Shown here: positions 37,197 through 45,164 of the stretch, in pieces
Numbering within the stretch: the stretch's first letter is position 1
Layout: each line of letters opens with the position of its first letter
Origin: Bacilli bacterium
GTDB lineage: Bacteria > Bacillota_I > Bacilli_A > RF39 > UBA660
Assembly: GCA_016290195.1 (NCBI GenBank)
Contig: JAEETF010000025.1
Location: 1 to 45,164, forward strand
Length of the DNA stretch: 45,164 bases
Direction: 5' to 3'
The notes under the pieces: generated by a model
What the model was told of the DNA's origin: nothing
The model's database searches: none
What the model saw: the letters and a program-made list of their open reading frames with translations, nothing else
Position numbers and translations under genes: made by a program

Positions 37197-38453
37197 ATGA
37201 AACAGATAATTATAAATGGTGGAAAAGTACTGTCTGGTGAAATTAAAATAAGTGGAGCTAAAAATAGTGCAGTTGCACTTGTACCAGCTTCTATTTTATC
37301 AGATGGCATAGTTAAAATTGATAATATACCTGCAGTTTCTGATATAGATGCTCTAACAGAAACATTACTTTACTTAGGTGCCAAAGTAAAACGTGAAGAT
37401 GGTTTAATGGAAATAGATGCTACTAAAATTAAATCTATACCAATACCACAAAATTTATCTCAAAAATTACGTGCATCTTATTATTTTATGGGTGCATTAT
37501 TAGGAAAATTTAAATATGCAGAAATGTATTTTCCAGGTGGGTGTTCAATAGGTGCAAGACCAATTGATCAAACTTTAAAAGCTTTTAAATTATTAGGAGC
37601 TAACATAGAAGAAAATGCTGATATGTATAAAATAAGTGCTGAAAAATTAGTGGGCGCACATATCTATCTTGATATGCCAAGTGTTGGTGCAACTATAAAT
37701 ACACTTTTAGCTGCAGTAAGAGCTGAAGGAGTAACAAGACTTGAAAATGCTGCAAAGGAGCCAGAAGTAGTTAATGTTGCAACATTCTTAAATAATATGG
37801 GTGCCAAAATTACTGGTGCTGGAACAAGTGAAATTAAAATAGTTGGTGTTAACCACTTAAATGGTTGTTTTTCAGAAGTAATACCTGATCGTATTGAAGC
37901 AGGTACTTATACAATACTTGGGGCTCTAATAGGCCAAGAATTAAAAATTAGTAATATAATACCTGATCATATAGAATCTCTTTTATCAAAATTAAAAGAA
38001 ATGGGAGTTTCATTTATTGTAAATGATGATAGTTTAATAATTTCAAGTGCTCCAAAAATGCGTGCAGTTGAAGTAAAAACTTTAGGTTATCCCGGTTTTC
38101 CTACAGATTTGCAGCAACCTCTTACTGCCCTACTTACACAGTGTAATGGTAAATCTAGACTAGAAGAAACAATTTATGAAAATCGCTTTAAAAACGTTGA
38201 TTATTTAAATAAAATGGGTGCAAGTATAGATAAGAAAACTAATCGTATAATTTATGTTCATGGCAAAACAGATTTAAAAGGTAAAACTGTAATCGCAACT
38301 GATCTTAGAGCAGGTGCTTGTATGTTACTTGCAGGTTTAAAAGCCAGTGGTAAAACAACAATTAATAATGTTGAACATATATTAAGAGGATATGAGAATT
38401 TAATTGAAAAATTAAGAGCAGTTGGTGCTGATATAGAAATTGTTGATGCATAA
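37197..38453 (+). CDS. murA: UDP-N-acetylglucosamine 1-carboxyvinyltransferase (MurAB/MurZ-like)
   Basis: GAKNSA, LRASYY, PGGCSIGARPID (active-site Cys), SVGAT, PDRIEAGT, GFPTDLQ, DLRAGA. Confidence 0.98.
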   Translation: MKQIIINGGKVLSGEIKISGAKNSAVALVPASILSDGIVKIDNIPAVSDIDALTETLLYLGAKVKREDGLMEIDATKIKSIPIPQNLSQKLRASYYFMGALLGKFKYAEMYFPGGCSIGARPIDQTLKAFKLLGANIEENADMYKISAEKLVGAHIYLDMPSVGATINTLLAAVRAEGVTRLENAAKEPEVVNVATFLNNMGAKITGAGTSEIKIVGVNHLNGCFSEVIPDRIEAGTYTILGALIGQELKISNIIPDHIESLLSKLKEMGVSFIVNDDSLIISSAPKMRAVEVKTLGYPGFPTDLQQPLTALLTQCNGKSRLEETIYENRFKNVDYLNKMGASIDKKTNRIIYVHGKTDLKGKTVIATDLRAGACMLLAGLKASGKTTINNVEHILRGYENLIEKLRAVGADIEIVDA

Positions 38454-38501
38454 ATAAATATTTTATTCATAAATTAAAGTAGATAAAAATCTACTTTTTT
38501 T
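38448..38501 (+). promoter_or_regulatory. sigma-E-like promoter abutting the murA terminator
   Basis: GCATAA-14-CATAAATT (38448-38475); hairpin AAAGTAGAT-aaaa-ATCTACTTT plus U-tract (38476-38501). Confidence 0.45.
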
Positions 38502-38510
38502 GGGGGTAAA

Positions 38511-39161
38511 ATGAAAAAATTAATATTTCTATTATTAATAATAATTATAGTTATAATAATCTATTTAAGAAATCAAGATAAGAAAATATATTATTTATCA
38601 CTGGGTGATGAATTATCTCAAGGTTATACAAAGTATGTAACTGATTATATAAAAGAACAAGGAAAATTAGAATTATTAAATAATAATTATTATATTGATA
38701 ATATGCGAACTATTGATTTAAAAAATATGATAATAGAAAATTATGAAAGTGAAAAAACTATTCAAAATGCTTTAATTAAAGCAGATTTAGTTACTATTTC
38801 TATTGGTCAAAACGATATTATAACTAAATTAATTCTTTCTGAAAATTATGATGAAAATTATATTTATAAATTTTTAAGCGATTATGTAAATGATTTAGAT
38901 AATCTTTTACAATTAATAAGAAAATATTGTAAAGAAAAGATTATTTTTATAGGATATTATAATATTATCAATAAATCTAATGTTAATAAGTACTATATAT
39001 ATTTGAATAAAAAGGTAGAAAAATTACTAAATAACTATAATATTATCTATATAGATTTATTTTCTAAATTAAATTCATCAAAATATATAACTGAAAATAT
39101 GTACCCTACTTTAGATGGTTATAAATTAATAGGTAGTGAAATTGTAAAGTATATTGAATAA
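38511..39161 (+). CDS. SGNH/GDSL-fold membrane-anchored protein with degenerate catalytic residues
   Basis: N-terminal TM; YLSLGDEL (block I), SIGQND (block III), ENMYPTLDGY (block V). Confidence 0.75.
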   Translation: MKKLIFLLLIIIIVIIIYLRNQDKKIYYLSLGDELSQGYTKYVTDYIKEQGKLELLNNNYYIDNMRTIDLKNMIIENYESEKTIQNALIKADLVTISIGQNDIITKLILSENYDENYIYKFLSDYVNDLDNLLQLIRKYCKEKIIFIGYYNIINKSNVNKYYIYLNKKVEKLLNNYNIIYIDLFSKLNSSKYITENMYPTLDGYKLIGSEIVKYIE

Positions 39162-39175
39162 TTAGGAAAAAACAC

Positions 39176-39251
39176 TTGTCAAATAAGAAAAAATTTGATA
39201 TATTAAGTTAGTATTTATATCTATGGCTTTTAAAAGTCATGGCGAAAGGAG
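39176..39251 (+). promoter_or_regulatory. rpmE promoter and structured 5' leader (L31-leader-like)
   Basis: TTGTCA-17-TATATT with TG; hairpin CTATGGCTT-ttaa-AAGTCATGG followed by CGAAAGGAG. Confidence 0.5.
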
Positions 39252-39258
39252 AATTAAA

Positions 39259-39474
39259 ATGGCAAAAGATACTAATGTAAAATACGTAGATACAGAAGTT
39301 ACTTGCGCATGTGGAAATACCTTTACTGTTAAATCAACAACTGAAAAATTACATCTTGAAGTATGTAATAAATGTCATCCAGCATTTACAGGTGAACAAG
39401 GAAAAACTAAAACAAGAGCAGGTGCTATTGATAAATTTAATCGTAAACATGGTTTTACTAAAGAAGAAAAATAA
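39259..39474 (+). CDS. rpmE: 50S ribosomal protein L31 (zinc-binding type)
   Basis: CACGNTF...EVCNKCHPAFTG...FNRK; AAAGGAG SD before ATG 39259. Confidence 0.96.
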   Translation: MAKDTNVKYVDTEVTCACGNTFTVKSTTEKLHLEVCNKCHPAFTGEQGKTKTRAGAIDKFNRKHGFTKEEK

Positions 39475-39487
39475 TTCTTCTTTTTTT
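39460..39487 (+). terminator. intrinsic terminator after rpmE
   Basis: AAAGAAGAA-6 nt-TTCTTCTTT plus U-tract. Confidence 0.6.
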
Positions 39488-39609
39488 ATTGAAAAATTGT
39501 AAAAAAAATATATATATGATAATATATATTTGAAATAATAATCTATATTTGTCGATTTATAATACGAAAATATTGATTATAATTATAATATAATAAAGTG
39601 GGTGTTAGA

Positions 39610-40044
39610 ATGAAAGTAGGAATTGCTTCAGATCATAGAGGATTTGAACTTAAAAGTAAAATAATAAGTGAAATGCCAGAATTAATTGATTATGGTACTA
39701 ATAGTAGTGATAGTACTGATTTTCCGTTATATGCATTTAAAATAGGAGAAGAAATTAAAAATGGAAATCTAGATTATGGAATATTAATTTGTGGATCTGG
39801 TATTGGGATGAGTATTGCTTGTAATAAAGTAAAAGGTGTTAGATGTGCTAAAATAGATAATGTAGACGAAGCTGAATATACAAGACGTGATAATGATGCA
39901 AATGTAATTAGTTTTTCAGAAAAACATAGTGTTGATGAAGCAACTAGAATGATTAATACATTTTTAACTACACCATTTAATAGTGAAGAAAAATATAGAA
40001 GACGTTTAAAACAAATTATAGATTACGAAAAGAAAAATGGTTAG
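39610..40044 (+). CDS. rpiB: RpiB/LacA/LacB sugar-phosphate isomerase
   Basis: IASDHRG, CGSGIG, ACNKVKGVR; RRDNDAN where the family usually has R.HN.AN. Confidence 0.9.
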   Translation: MKVGIASDHRGFELKSKIISEMPELIDYGTNSSDSTDFPLYAFKIGEEIKNGNLDYGILICGSGIGMSIACNKVKGVRCAKIDNVDEAEYTRRDNDANVISFSEKHSVDEATRMINTFLTTPFNSEEKYRRRLKQIIDYEKKNG

Positions 40045-40231
40045 AATAATATTATATATATTTTTTGTTCCTATTTCTATTTGGGCATTAGATGCAATTA
40101 ATATAAATGGTTTGTTTAAAAAAAATAGTTATTATAAAGCTAGAGTATTATATCTTTTATTTGCTCTATCATTATCATATTTAAGTGTTAATTTTTTAAT
40201 GGATTTTTTTATAAGTACACAAAGTCTTTAG
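40037..40231 (+). CDS. DUF1146 (YwzB-like) small membrane protein
   Basis: WAL..IN...FKK....AR.L...L...VNF..DF pattern, 2 TM; upstream of spoIID. Confidence 0.8.
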   Translation: MVRIILYIFFVPISIWALDAININGLFKKNSYYKARVLYLLFALSLSYLSVNFLMDFFISTQSL

Positions 40232-40269
40232 AGTAGTGGTTTGTATGTTTTATTTAAGAGGTGAAATAT

Positions 40270-41184
40270 ATGAGAAAACTATTCTTTTTTTTATCTAGTT
40301 TAATAGTTATTCCAATTTTAATTATTTATATTTTAAATAGAAAAGAAGAAAGAAATTTAAGTTTAATTAAAAATCAAATAATTAGAGTAAAACATGATAG
40401 TAATGGGTTAATTGAAGAAGTTCCACTTGAAAGTTATATAAGAGGTGTTGTAGCTGGAGAAATGCCAATATCTTTTAGTTTAGAAGCACTAAAAGCCCAA
40501 GCTGTAGCAGCTCGTTCTTATGTTTTGAAAAAAGTAGAATATAATAAAACTTTAGATTATGACATTATTGATACACAAGTAAATCAAGTATATTATACTG
40601 ATTCTGAACTTATTGATGCTTGGGAAGATAAATATGATTCTAATATGGCAAAAATAAGTACTGCAGTTAATAGTACATCTGGTGAATATATAGATTATAA
40701 TGGTGAAATAGCTGATGCATTCTTTTTTTCCACAAGTACTGGGGAAACTGAAAATAGTGGTGAAATATTTATGAATCAATTACCCTATTTAGTAAGTGTT
40801 GATTCTAGTTGGGATAGTGAAGTATCACCTCTTTATAGTACTAACAAGTATTTTTCTTTAGAAGAATTTTATGATTTATTAGATATACCATATAGTGATG
40901 ATTTAGATATAGAAGTTATCCGAACTACTAGTACTGGAAGAATGCGTGAATTAAAGATAAATGGCTATTATTTTACTTCCAATGATATTACTGATTATCT
41001 TGATTTAAGATCTTCCTATTTTAATATAGAACAAGTAAATGACTCTATAATTGTTAATGAAAAGGGATATGGACATGGTGTTGGTATGAGCCAGTATGGA
41101 GCAGAAGCTATGGCAAAACGTGGTTATAAATATGATGAGATATTAAAGTATTATTATACTGGTGTAAGTATTAAAAAAATTTAA
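40270..41184 (+). CDS. spoIID: stage II sporulation protein D (lytic transglycosylase)
   Basis: LESYIRGVVAGEMP.SF.LEALKAQAVAARSY, PYLVSVDS.WD, GYGHGVGMSQYGA, ILKYYY; AGAGGTGA SD before ATG 40270. Confidence 0.95.
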   Translation: MRKLFFFLSSLIVIPILIIYILNRKEERNLSLIKNQIIRVKHDSNGLIEEVPLESYIRGVVAGEMPISFSLEALKAQAVAARSYVLKKVEYNKTLDYDIIDTQVNQVYYTDSELIDAWEDKYDSNMAKISTAVNSTSGEYIDYNGEIADAFFFSTSTGETENSGEIFMNQLPYLVSVDSSWDSEVSPLYSTNKYFSLEEFYDLLDIPYSDDLDIEVIRTTSTGRMRELKINGYYFTSNDITDYLDLRSSYFNIEQVNDSIIVNEKGYGHGVGMSQYGAEAMAKRGYKYDEILKYYYTGVSIKKI

Positions 41185-41187
41185 AAT

Positions 41188-41215
41188 GTATATTTTTTTT
41201 ATTTTTGTTCACACT
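41188..41215 (+). promoter_or_regulatory. forespore sigma (F/G)-like promoter upstream of spoIIQ
   Basis: GTATA-14-GTTCACACT (equivalently GTATA-17-CACACT). Confidence 0.5.
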
Positions 41216-41233
41216 TTTATTAGAGGTGATAAA

Positions 41234-41878
41234 ATGAAAAAATATAGAATTAGAAAACCATTTATATATGGCATTTATGTATTAACATTTATTAGTGTAT
41301 TTGGTAGTATCTATTTTATTGAAAAGTCAATAAAAGAAAGTAATAGTTTTAATGAAAAAAATTTTAAATATATTTATAATATTCCCGATGATAGAGTTAA
41401 GCCAGTATCTAAAGAAATAGAACCTAAAAAGACTAAAATAATTAGACCATACTATATAACAGATGCTGTTATAGTTCAAAATTATTATGATTATAAAGAT
41501 GATGCTTCTAAACAAGTTAATTCATTAATTTATTACGATGATACTTATTTACAAAGTACTGGTGTAGCTTATACTAGTCCTAAACAATTTGATGTGGTAT
41601 CTATATTAGATGGAACAATTACTTCTATTAAAGATGATCAGTTATTAGGAAAAGTAGTAGAAATTACACATAACAATAATTTAATTAGTGTATATCAAAG
41701 TTTGGGCGAAGTAGATGTTAAAGAAAATGAATTTATTAAACAAGGAGATATAATTGGTATTAGTGGGGAAAATAATATTTCTAAAGAAATTGGCAATCAT
41801 TTATATTTTGAACTAATTCAAAATGGAATAAATGTTAATCCTGAAGAATATTTTGATAAAAATGTAGATGAAATATAG
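41234..41878 (+). CDS. spoIIQ: SpoIIQ-like degenerate M23/LytM membrane protein
   Basis: N-terminal TM; YYD, STGVAY (degenerate HxxxD), FDV....GT, LG..VEI.H....S.YQSL, GNHLYFE, VNPEEY; between spoIID and mbl; start ATG 41234. Confidence 0.8.
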   Translation: MKKYRIRKPFIYGIYVLTFISVFGSIYFIEKSIKESNSFNEKNFKYIYNIPDDRVKPVSKEIEPKKTKIIRPYYITDAVIVQNYYDYKDDASKQVNSLIYYDDTYLQSTGVAYTSPKQFDVVSILDGTITSIKDDQLLGKVVEITHNNNLISVYQSLGEVDVKENEFIKQGDIIGISGENNISKEIGNHLYFELIQNGINVNPEEYFDKNVDEI

Positions 41879-41944
41879 GAACAGACTACCATAGCCTTTT
41901 AGAATATGGTATAATATACATAGTTATAGAAGGTGGGGGAAAAT

Positions 41945-42934
41945 ATGTTTTCAAAAGATATTGGAATTGATTTAGGTACAGCAAATGTCTTAATTTATAT
42001 TAAGGGACAAGGAATAGTATTAAATGAGCCAAGTGTTGTCGCAATTGATTCAGAAACAAAAAAAGCATTAGCAGTAGGAACAGAAGCAAGGGATATGCTT
42101 GGTAGAACCCCAGGAAAAGTAAAAGCTATCAGACCTATGAAAGATGGAGTTATAGCTGATTTTGAAACTACAGAAATAATGCTTAATCATTTTATTAGAA
42201 AAGTAAATGGTAAGAGTTTTTTTGCAAGACCACGCATTTTAATATGTTGTCCATCAAATATTACTCAAGTTGAAAAAAATGCAATTAAAGAAGCAGCTGA
42301 AAGAACAGGTGCTAGAAAAGTATTTATTGAAGAAGAACCAAAAGTTGCGGCTATTGGTGCAGGACTTGATATATCAAAGCCAAGTGGTAATATGGTTATT
42401 GATATTGGTGGTGGTACTACTGATATTGCAGTATTATCTCTTGGAGGAATTGTTGATAGTTCTTCTATCAAAATAGCTGGTAATAGATTTGATACTGACA
42501 TAATTAAATATGTCAAAGATAAATATAAATTATTAATTGGTGATAGAACAGCTGAGGAAATTAAAATGACTATAGGTACTGTACTTCCAGATGCTAAAAA
42601 AGAAAAAATGGATGTTAGAGGAAGAGATTTAATTACGGGACTTCCACATACTATTACTTTTACATCTAAGGAAGTAGAAGAAGCACTTCGTGAAAGTGTG
42701 TATACAATTATCCATACAGCAAAGAATGTTCTAGAGCAAACACCACCAGAATTATCTGCAGATATCATTGATAAGGGTATTGTTATAACAGGAGGAGGAG
42801 CCCTTATAAATGGGTTTGATGAACTAATTTCTCAAGAGTTAAAAGTACCTGTATTTTCAGCAGAAAGTCCTCTTACATGTGTAGTTGAAGGAACTGGTGT
42901 ATTACTTGATAATATTGAGTTAATTGAAAAATAA
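41945..42934 (+). CDS. mbl: MreB-like protein Mbl
   Basis: DIGIDLGTANVLI, NEPSVVA, RPMKDGVIADF, DIGGGTTD, TPPELSADI; Mbl-like N-terminus and position; TGgTATAAT at 41907-41915. Confidence 0.9.
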   Translation: MFSKDIGIDLGTANVLIYIKGQGIVLNEPSVVAIDSETKKALAVGTEARDMLGRTPGKVKAIRPMKDGVIADFETTEIMLNHFIRKVNGKSFFARPRILICCPSNITQVEKNAIKEAAERTGARKVFIEEEPKVAAIGAGLDISKPSGNMVIDIGGGTTDIAVLSLGGIVDSSSIKIAGNRFDTDIIKYVKDKYKLLIGDRTAEEIKMTIGTVLPDAKKEKMDVRGRDLITGLPHTITFTSKEVEEALRESVYTIIHTAKNVLEQTPPELSADIIDKGIVITGGGALINGFDELISQELKVPVFSAESPLTCVVEGTGVLLDNIELIEK

Positions 42935-42951
42935 GGAATTTCCTTATTTTT
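42927..42951 (+). terminator. intrinsic terminator after mbl
   Basis: AAAAATAAGGA-att-TCCTTATTTTT. Confidence 0.65.
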
Positions 42952-43001
42952 ATTTGTATTTTTTTAAATAAATGGTATAATAAACGCTAGGTGGTTTGAT
43001 T

Positions 43002-44039
43002 ATGTGTGACTTAATACTAAAAATTTTATTAATTGTTTCAACAACATTTACTTTTGTAGCACTAATAATACCTTTTATTATTAAACTTGCATTTCAGATT
43101 GGAGCAATAGATGTACCAAGAACTAGACATATTCATACTAAGAATATGCCAAAACTTGGAGGACTTGGTATTTTTTTAGGTTTTGTACTTGGATATATGT
43201 TATTTGGGGAACCTAGTACTCAAATGATATCTATTTTAATAGGTGGCTTTTTAATATTAATAAGTGGAATTATTGATGATGTGACTGAATTATCAGCTAA
43301 AACACAATTGCTTTTTCAATTAGCAGCTGCTTGTGTTATAGTTTTTTATGGTAATATTCTATTAATTGATATTTCGGCTTTTGGTTTTTATATTCATTTT
43401 GGAATATTTGCTTATCCTTTAACTATTTTATTTATTTTAGGTTGTATAAATTGTTTAAATTTAATAGATGGACTTGATGGATTATCTGGTGGAATAAGCT
43501 CTATTTACTTTTTAACAATTGGTATAATAGCTACTATGCAAGGAAGTAGAGGACTTGATTTTGTATTATGCTTTGTTATGCTTGGTTCAACACTTGGCTT
43601 TTTACTTCATAATTTTCACCCTGCTCGTATATTTGCAGGTAATTCAGGATCTATGTTCTTAGGTTTTATTATTTCAGTAATAGCTTTACTTGGGTTTAAA
43701 AATGTTACATTAACATCTTTAATTATTCCAATATGTGTACTTGCTATTCCTATATTAGATACTTTATTTGCTATATTACGTCGTTTACTTAAAGGTGAAA
43801 ATATATTGAAAGCAGATCGTTTTCATATTCATCATCAATTATTAAATCGTCATTTTTCACAAACACAAACAGTTTTAATTATTTATTTAATAGATATATT
43901 ATTTGCTGCTGCTTCTATTGTATATGTATCTAATCATCATGAATTAAGCTACATATTATATAGTATTTTATTAATTCTAGTAATTATATTTGTAGCAAAA
44001 ACAGATGTTATATTTGAACATAAAAAGAAAAACAAATAG
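43002..44039 (+). CDS. tagO: undecaprenyl-phosphate GlcNAc-1-phosphate transferase (TagO/WecA family)
   Basis: D.P..R.IH...P.LGG, GIIDD, NLIDGLDGL, NFHPARIF.G..GS, D..HIHH. Confidence 0.85.
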   Translation: MCDLILKILLIVSTTFTFVALIIPFIIKLAFQIGAIDVPRTRHIHTKNMPKLGGLGIFLGFVLGYMLFGEPSTQMISILIGGFLILISGIIDDVTELSAKTQLLFQLAAACVIVFYGNILLIDISAFGFYIHFGIFAYPLTILFILGCINCLNLIDGLDGLSGGISSIYFLTIGIIATMQGSRGLDFVLCFVMLGSTLGFLLHNFHPARIFAGNSGSMFLGFIISVIALLGFKNVTLTSLIIPICVLAIPILDTLFAILRRLLKGENILKADRFHIHHQLLNRHFSQTQTVLIIYLIDILFAAASIVYVSNHHELSYILYSILLILVIIFVAKTDVIFEHKKKNK

Positions 44040-44048
44040 GTGATATTT

Positions 44049-45164
44049 ATGCGTAATGAAGTTTATGCACAATTTGAATATGCTCGTAAAAAAAAGGATT
44101 TAAAAGTAATGGAAGATTTATACTTTCAAAATCCAAAAGATGAGCAAATAAAATTCGGATATGCCAAATTACTTGTTGAAAAAGGATATATAAGTGAAGG
44201 CAAAGAATTGTTATTTGAACTTTTAGGTAGTAAAAACAATATATATGCTTGTTTAGAGCTTGGAAAAGCTTTAGCTTTTGAAGGAAATTATGAAGAAGCA
44301 AAAAAGTACTTTACTAAGTTATCAGATATTGGTGATCGCTATGGAAAATTAGAACTAGGTGTACTTGAAAGTCGTGCTGGTAATTATGAAATAGCTCGTG
44401 AAATATTTAATGAATTAATTGAATGGTACAATGATGAAAGAGCAAAAGTAGAACTTGCTCGTTTAGATCATAAAGATGGTAAATCAAAAGTAGCTTCCAA
44501 TTCCCTACGTGAATTAAGTGTTGGTGAAAAGGGATATATTGCTATGTATTCGCTAGGCATAATTGAAAAAGAAAGAGGTAATTTAGATAAAGCTAAAAAA
44601 ATCTTTCTTTCTCTTTTGGATAAACCAAATTCTGTTAAAGCAAAATTTGAAATAGCTAAAATAGAAACAATGTTTGGTGATATTAATCTTGCTCGTTTTT
44701 ATTTTCAAGATCTAATAGGTACAGCTAAAGATTCATATGCACGTTTAGAACTTGGAAGATTAGAAACACGTGTTGAAAACTATGATAGAGCCCGTGAAAT
44801 TTTGACAGAATTATATAATGATGAAAAGTCAGATGAAGCAAAACTGGAATTAGGTATATTAGAAGCAAATGCTGGTAATACTGACAAAGCAAGAAAACAT
44901 TTTCGTGAATTAATTACTAAAAGTAATGGTGAATATGCTAAGCGTTTATTACTTCTTTTAGAAGTAAAAGAACAAAATGATTTAGAAGCAATAAAAATAG
45001 CCCGTGAAATGTTAGCTAGTGGAAGTGAAGTAAATCTTCATATTATTTTATATTTAAGTTCTAAATATAATATATTTTTTGAAAAATTTGATTATTCAAA
45101 TATAGTATACAAATATATATCAAATCAAATTCTTGATTATAATTTTGAGGGAGCTATAAGACAT
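44049..45164 (+). CDS. tetratricopeptide-repeat protein (3' end runs off window)
   Basis: Not in ORF track; AGGTGA SD, ATG 44049, in frame at window end; repeated A.LELG.LE...GN...AR..F..L units. Confidence 0.85.
   Translation, partial: MRNEVYAQFEYARKKKDLKVMEDLYFQNPKDEQIKFGYAKLLVEKGYISEGKELLFELLGSKNNIYACLELGKALAFEGNYEEAKKYFTKLSDIGDRYGKLELGVLESRAGNYEIAREIFNELIEWYNDERAKVELARLDHKDGKSKVASNSLRELSVGEKGYIAMYSLGIIEKERGNLDKAKKIFLSLLDKPNSVKAKFEIAKIETMFGDINLARFYFQDLIGTAKDSYARLELGRLETRVENYDRAREILTELYNDEKSDEAKLELGILEANAGNTDKARKHFRELITKSNGEYAKRLLLLLEVKEQNDLEAIKIAREMLASGSEVNLHIILYLSSKYNIFFEKFDYSNIVYKYISNQILDYNFEGAIRH

Noticed and set aside
15320-41944. N-terminal extensions in the ORF track (uvrB, yvlD, RSH, yycJ, rpmE, spoIID, spoIIQ, mbl and others)
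   Set aside because: The extensions run through the SD or promoter sequence; downstream start codons have better SD spacing and match family N-termini
2119-44301. Short antisense or alternate-frame ORFs in the track (e.g. 2119-2358, 3958-4143, 5288-5503, 7242-7442, 7642-7824, 8023-8244, 11979-12203, 14334-14714, 16973-17200, 23709-23894, 26089-26364, 28952-29242, 38258-38470, 39311-39502, 40552-40779, 41327-41515, 42265-42768, 42270-42476, 44047-44301)
   Set aside because: All overlap well-supported genes, lack recognisable motifs and have the composition expected of shadow ORFs
1-45164. Mycoplasma-type genetic code 4; rRNA, tRNA or parS elements
   Set aside because: TGA terminates lgt and the DUF4186 gene and conserved Trp residues use TGG; no GC-rich structured RNA gene or parS palindrome was found by eye

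Overview
Very AT-rich, code-11 (TGA=stop, Trp=TGG) chromosomal segment spanning the replication origin of a low-GC Bacillota/Bacilli organism; the Bacillus-like but heavily pruned gene order suggests a genome-reduced lineage such as the uncultured RF39-type Bacilli (inference). Left of the origin, on the minus strand: dnaA-dnaN-comK-recF (recF runs off the window). Everything to the right is on the plus strand: rpmH-rnpA-yidC-jag-HD-mnmE-mnmG-rsmG-noc, three accessory genes, uvrB-yvlD-lgt, a ~1440-aa type IV pilin-like protein, yvcK-whiA, an accessory block (orphan protein, 17-aa peptide ORF, RelA/SpoT homologue, acyltransferase, hybrid histidine kinase), gdpP-like DHH-rplI-dnaB-M23-yycJ-rlmH, spoIIR, mntP, murA, SGNH, rpmE, rpiB, DUF1146, spoIID, spoIIQ, mbl, tagO-like and a partial TPR gene. 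No rRNA, tRNA, CRISPR or mobile element was seen. Most notable: a Noc homologue with no membrane anchor and a ~340-aa acidic disordered insert, whose promoter carries an inverted repeat of NBS half-sites; a giant modular pilin with Cys-rich tip modules; a hydrolase-intact but synthetase-degenerate RSH preceded by a small-peptide/terminator leader; recurrent promoter-embedded anti-Shine-Dalgarno hairpins; and clean absence of walRK, murAA/atp and spoIIID from their usual syntenic slots. All calls were made by eye from motifs and synteny; no database searches were run.
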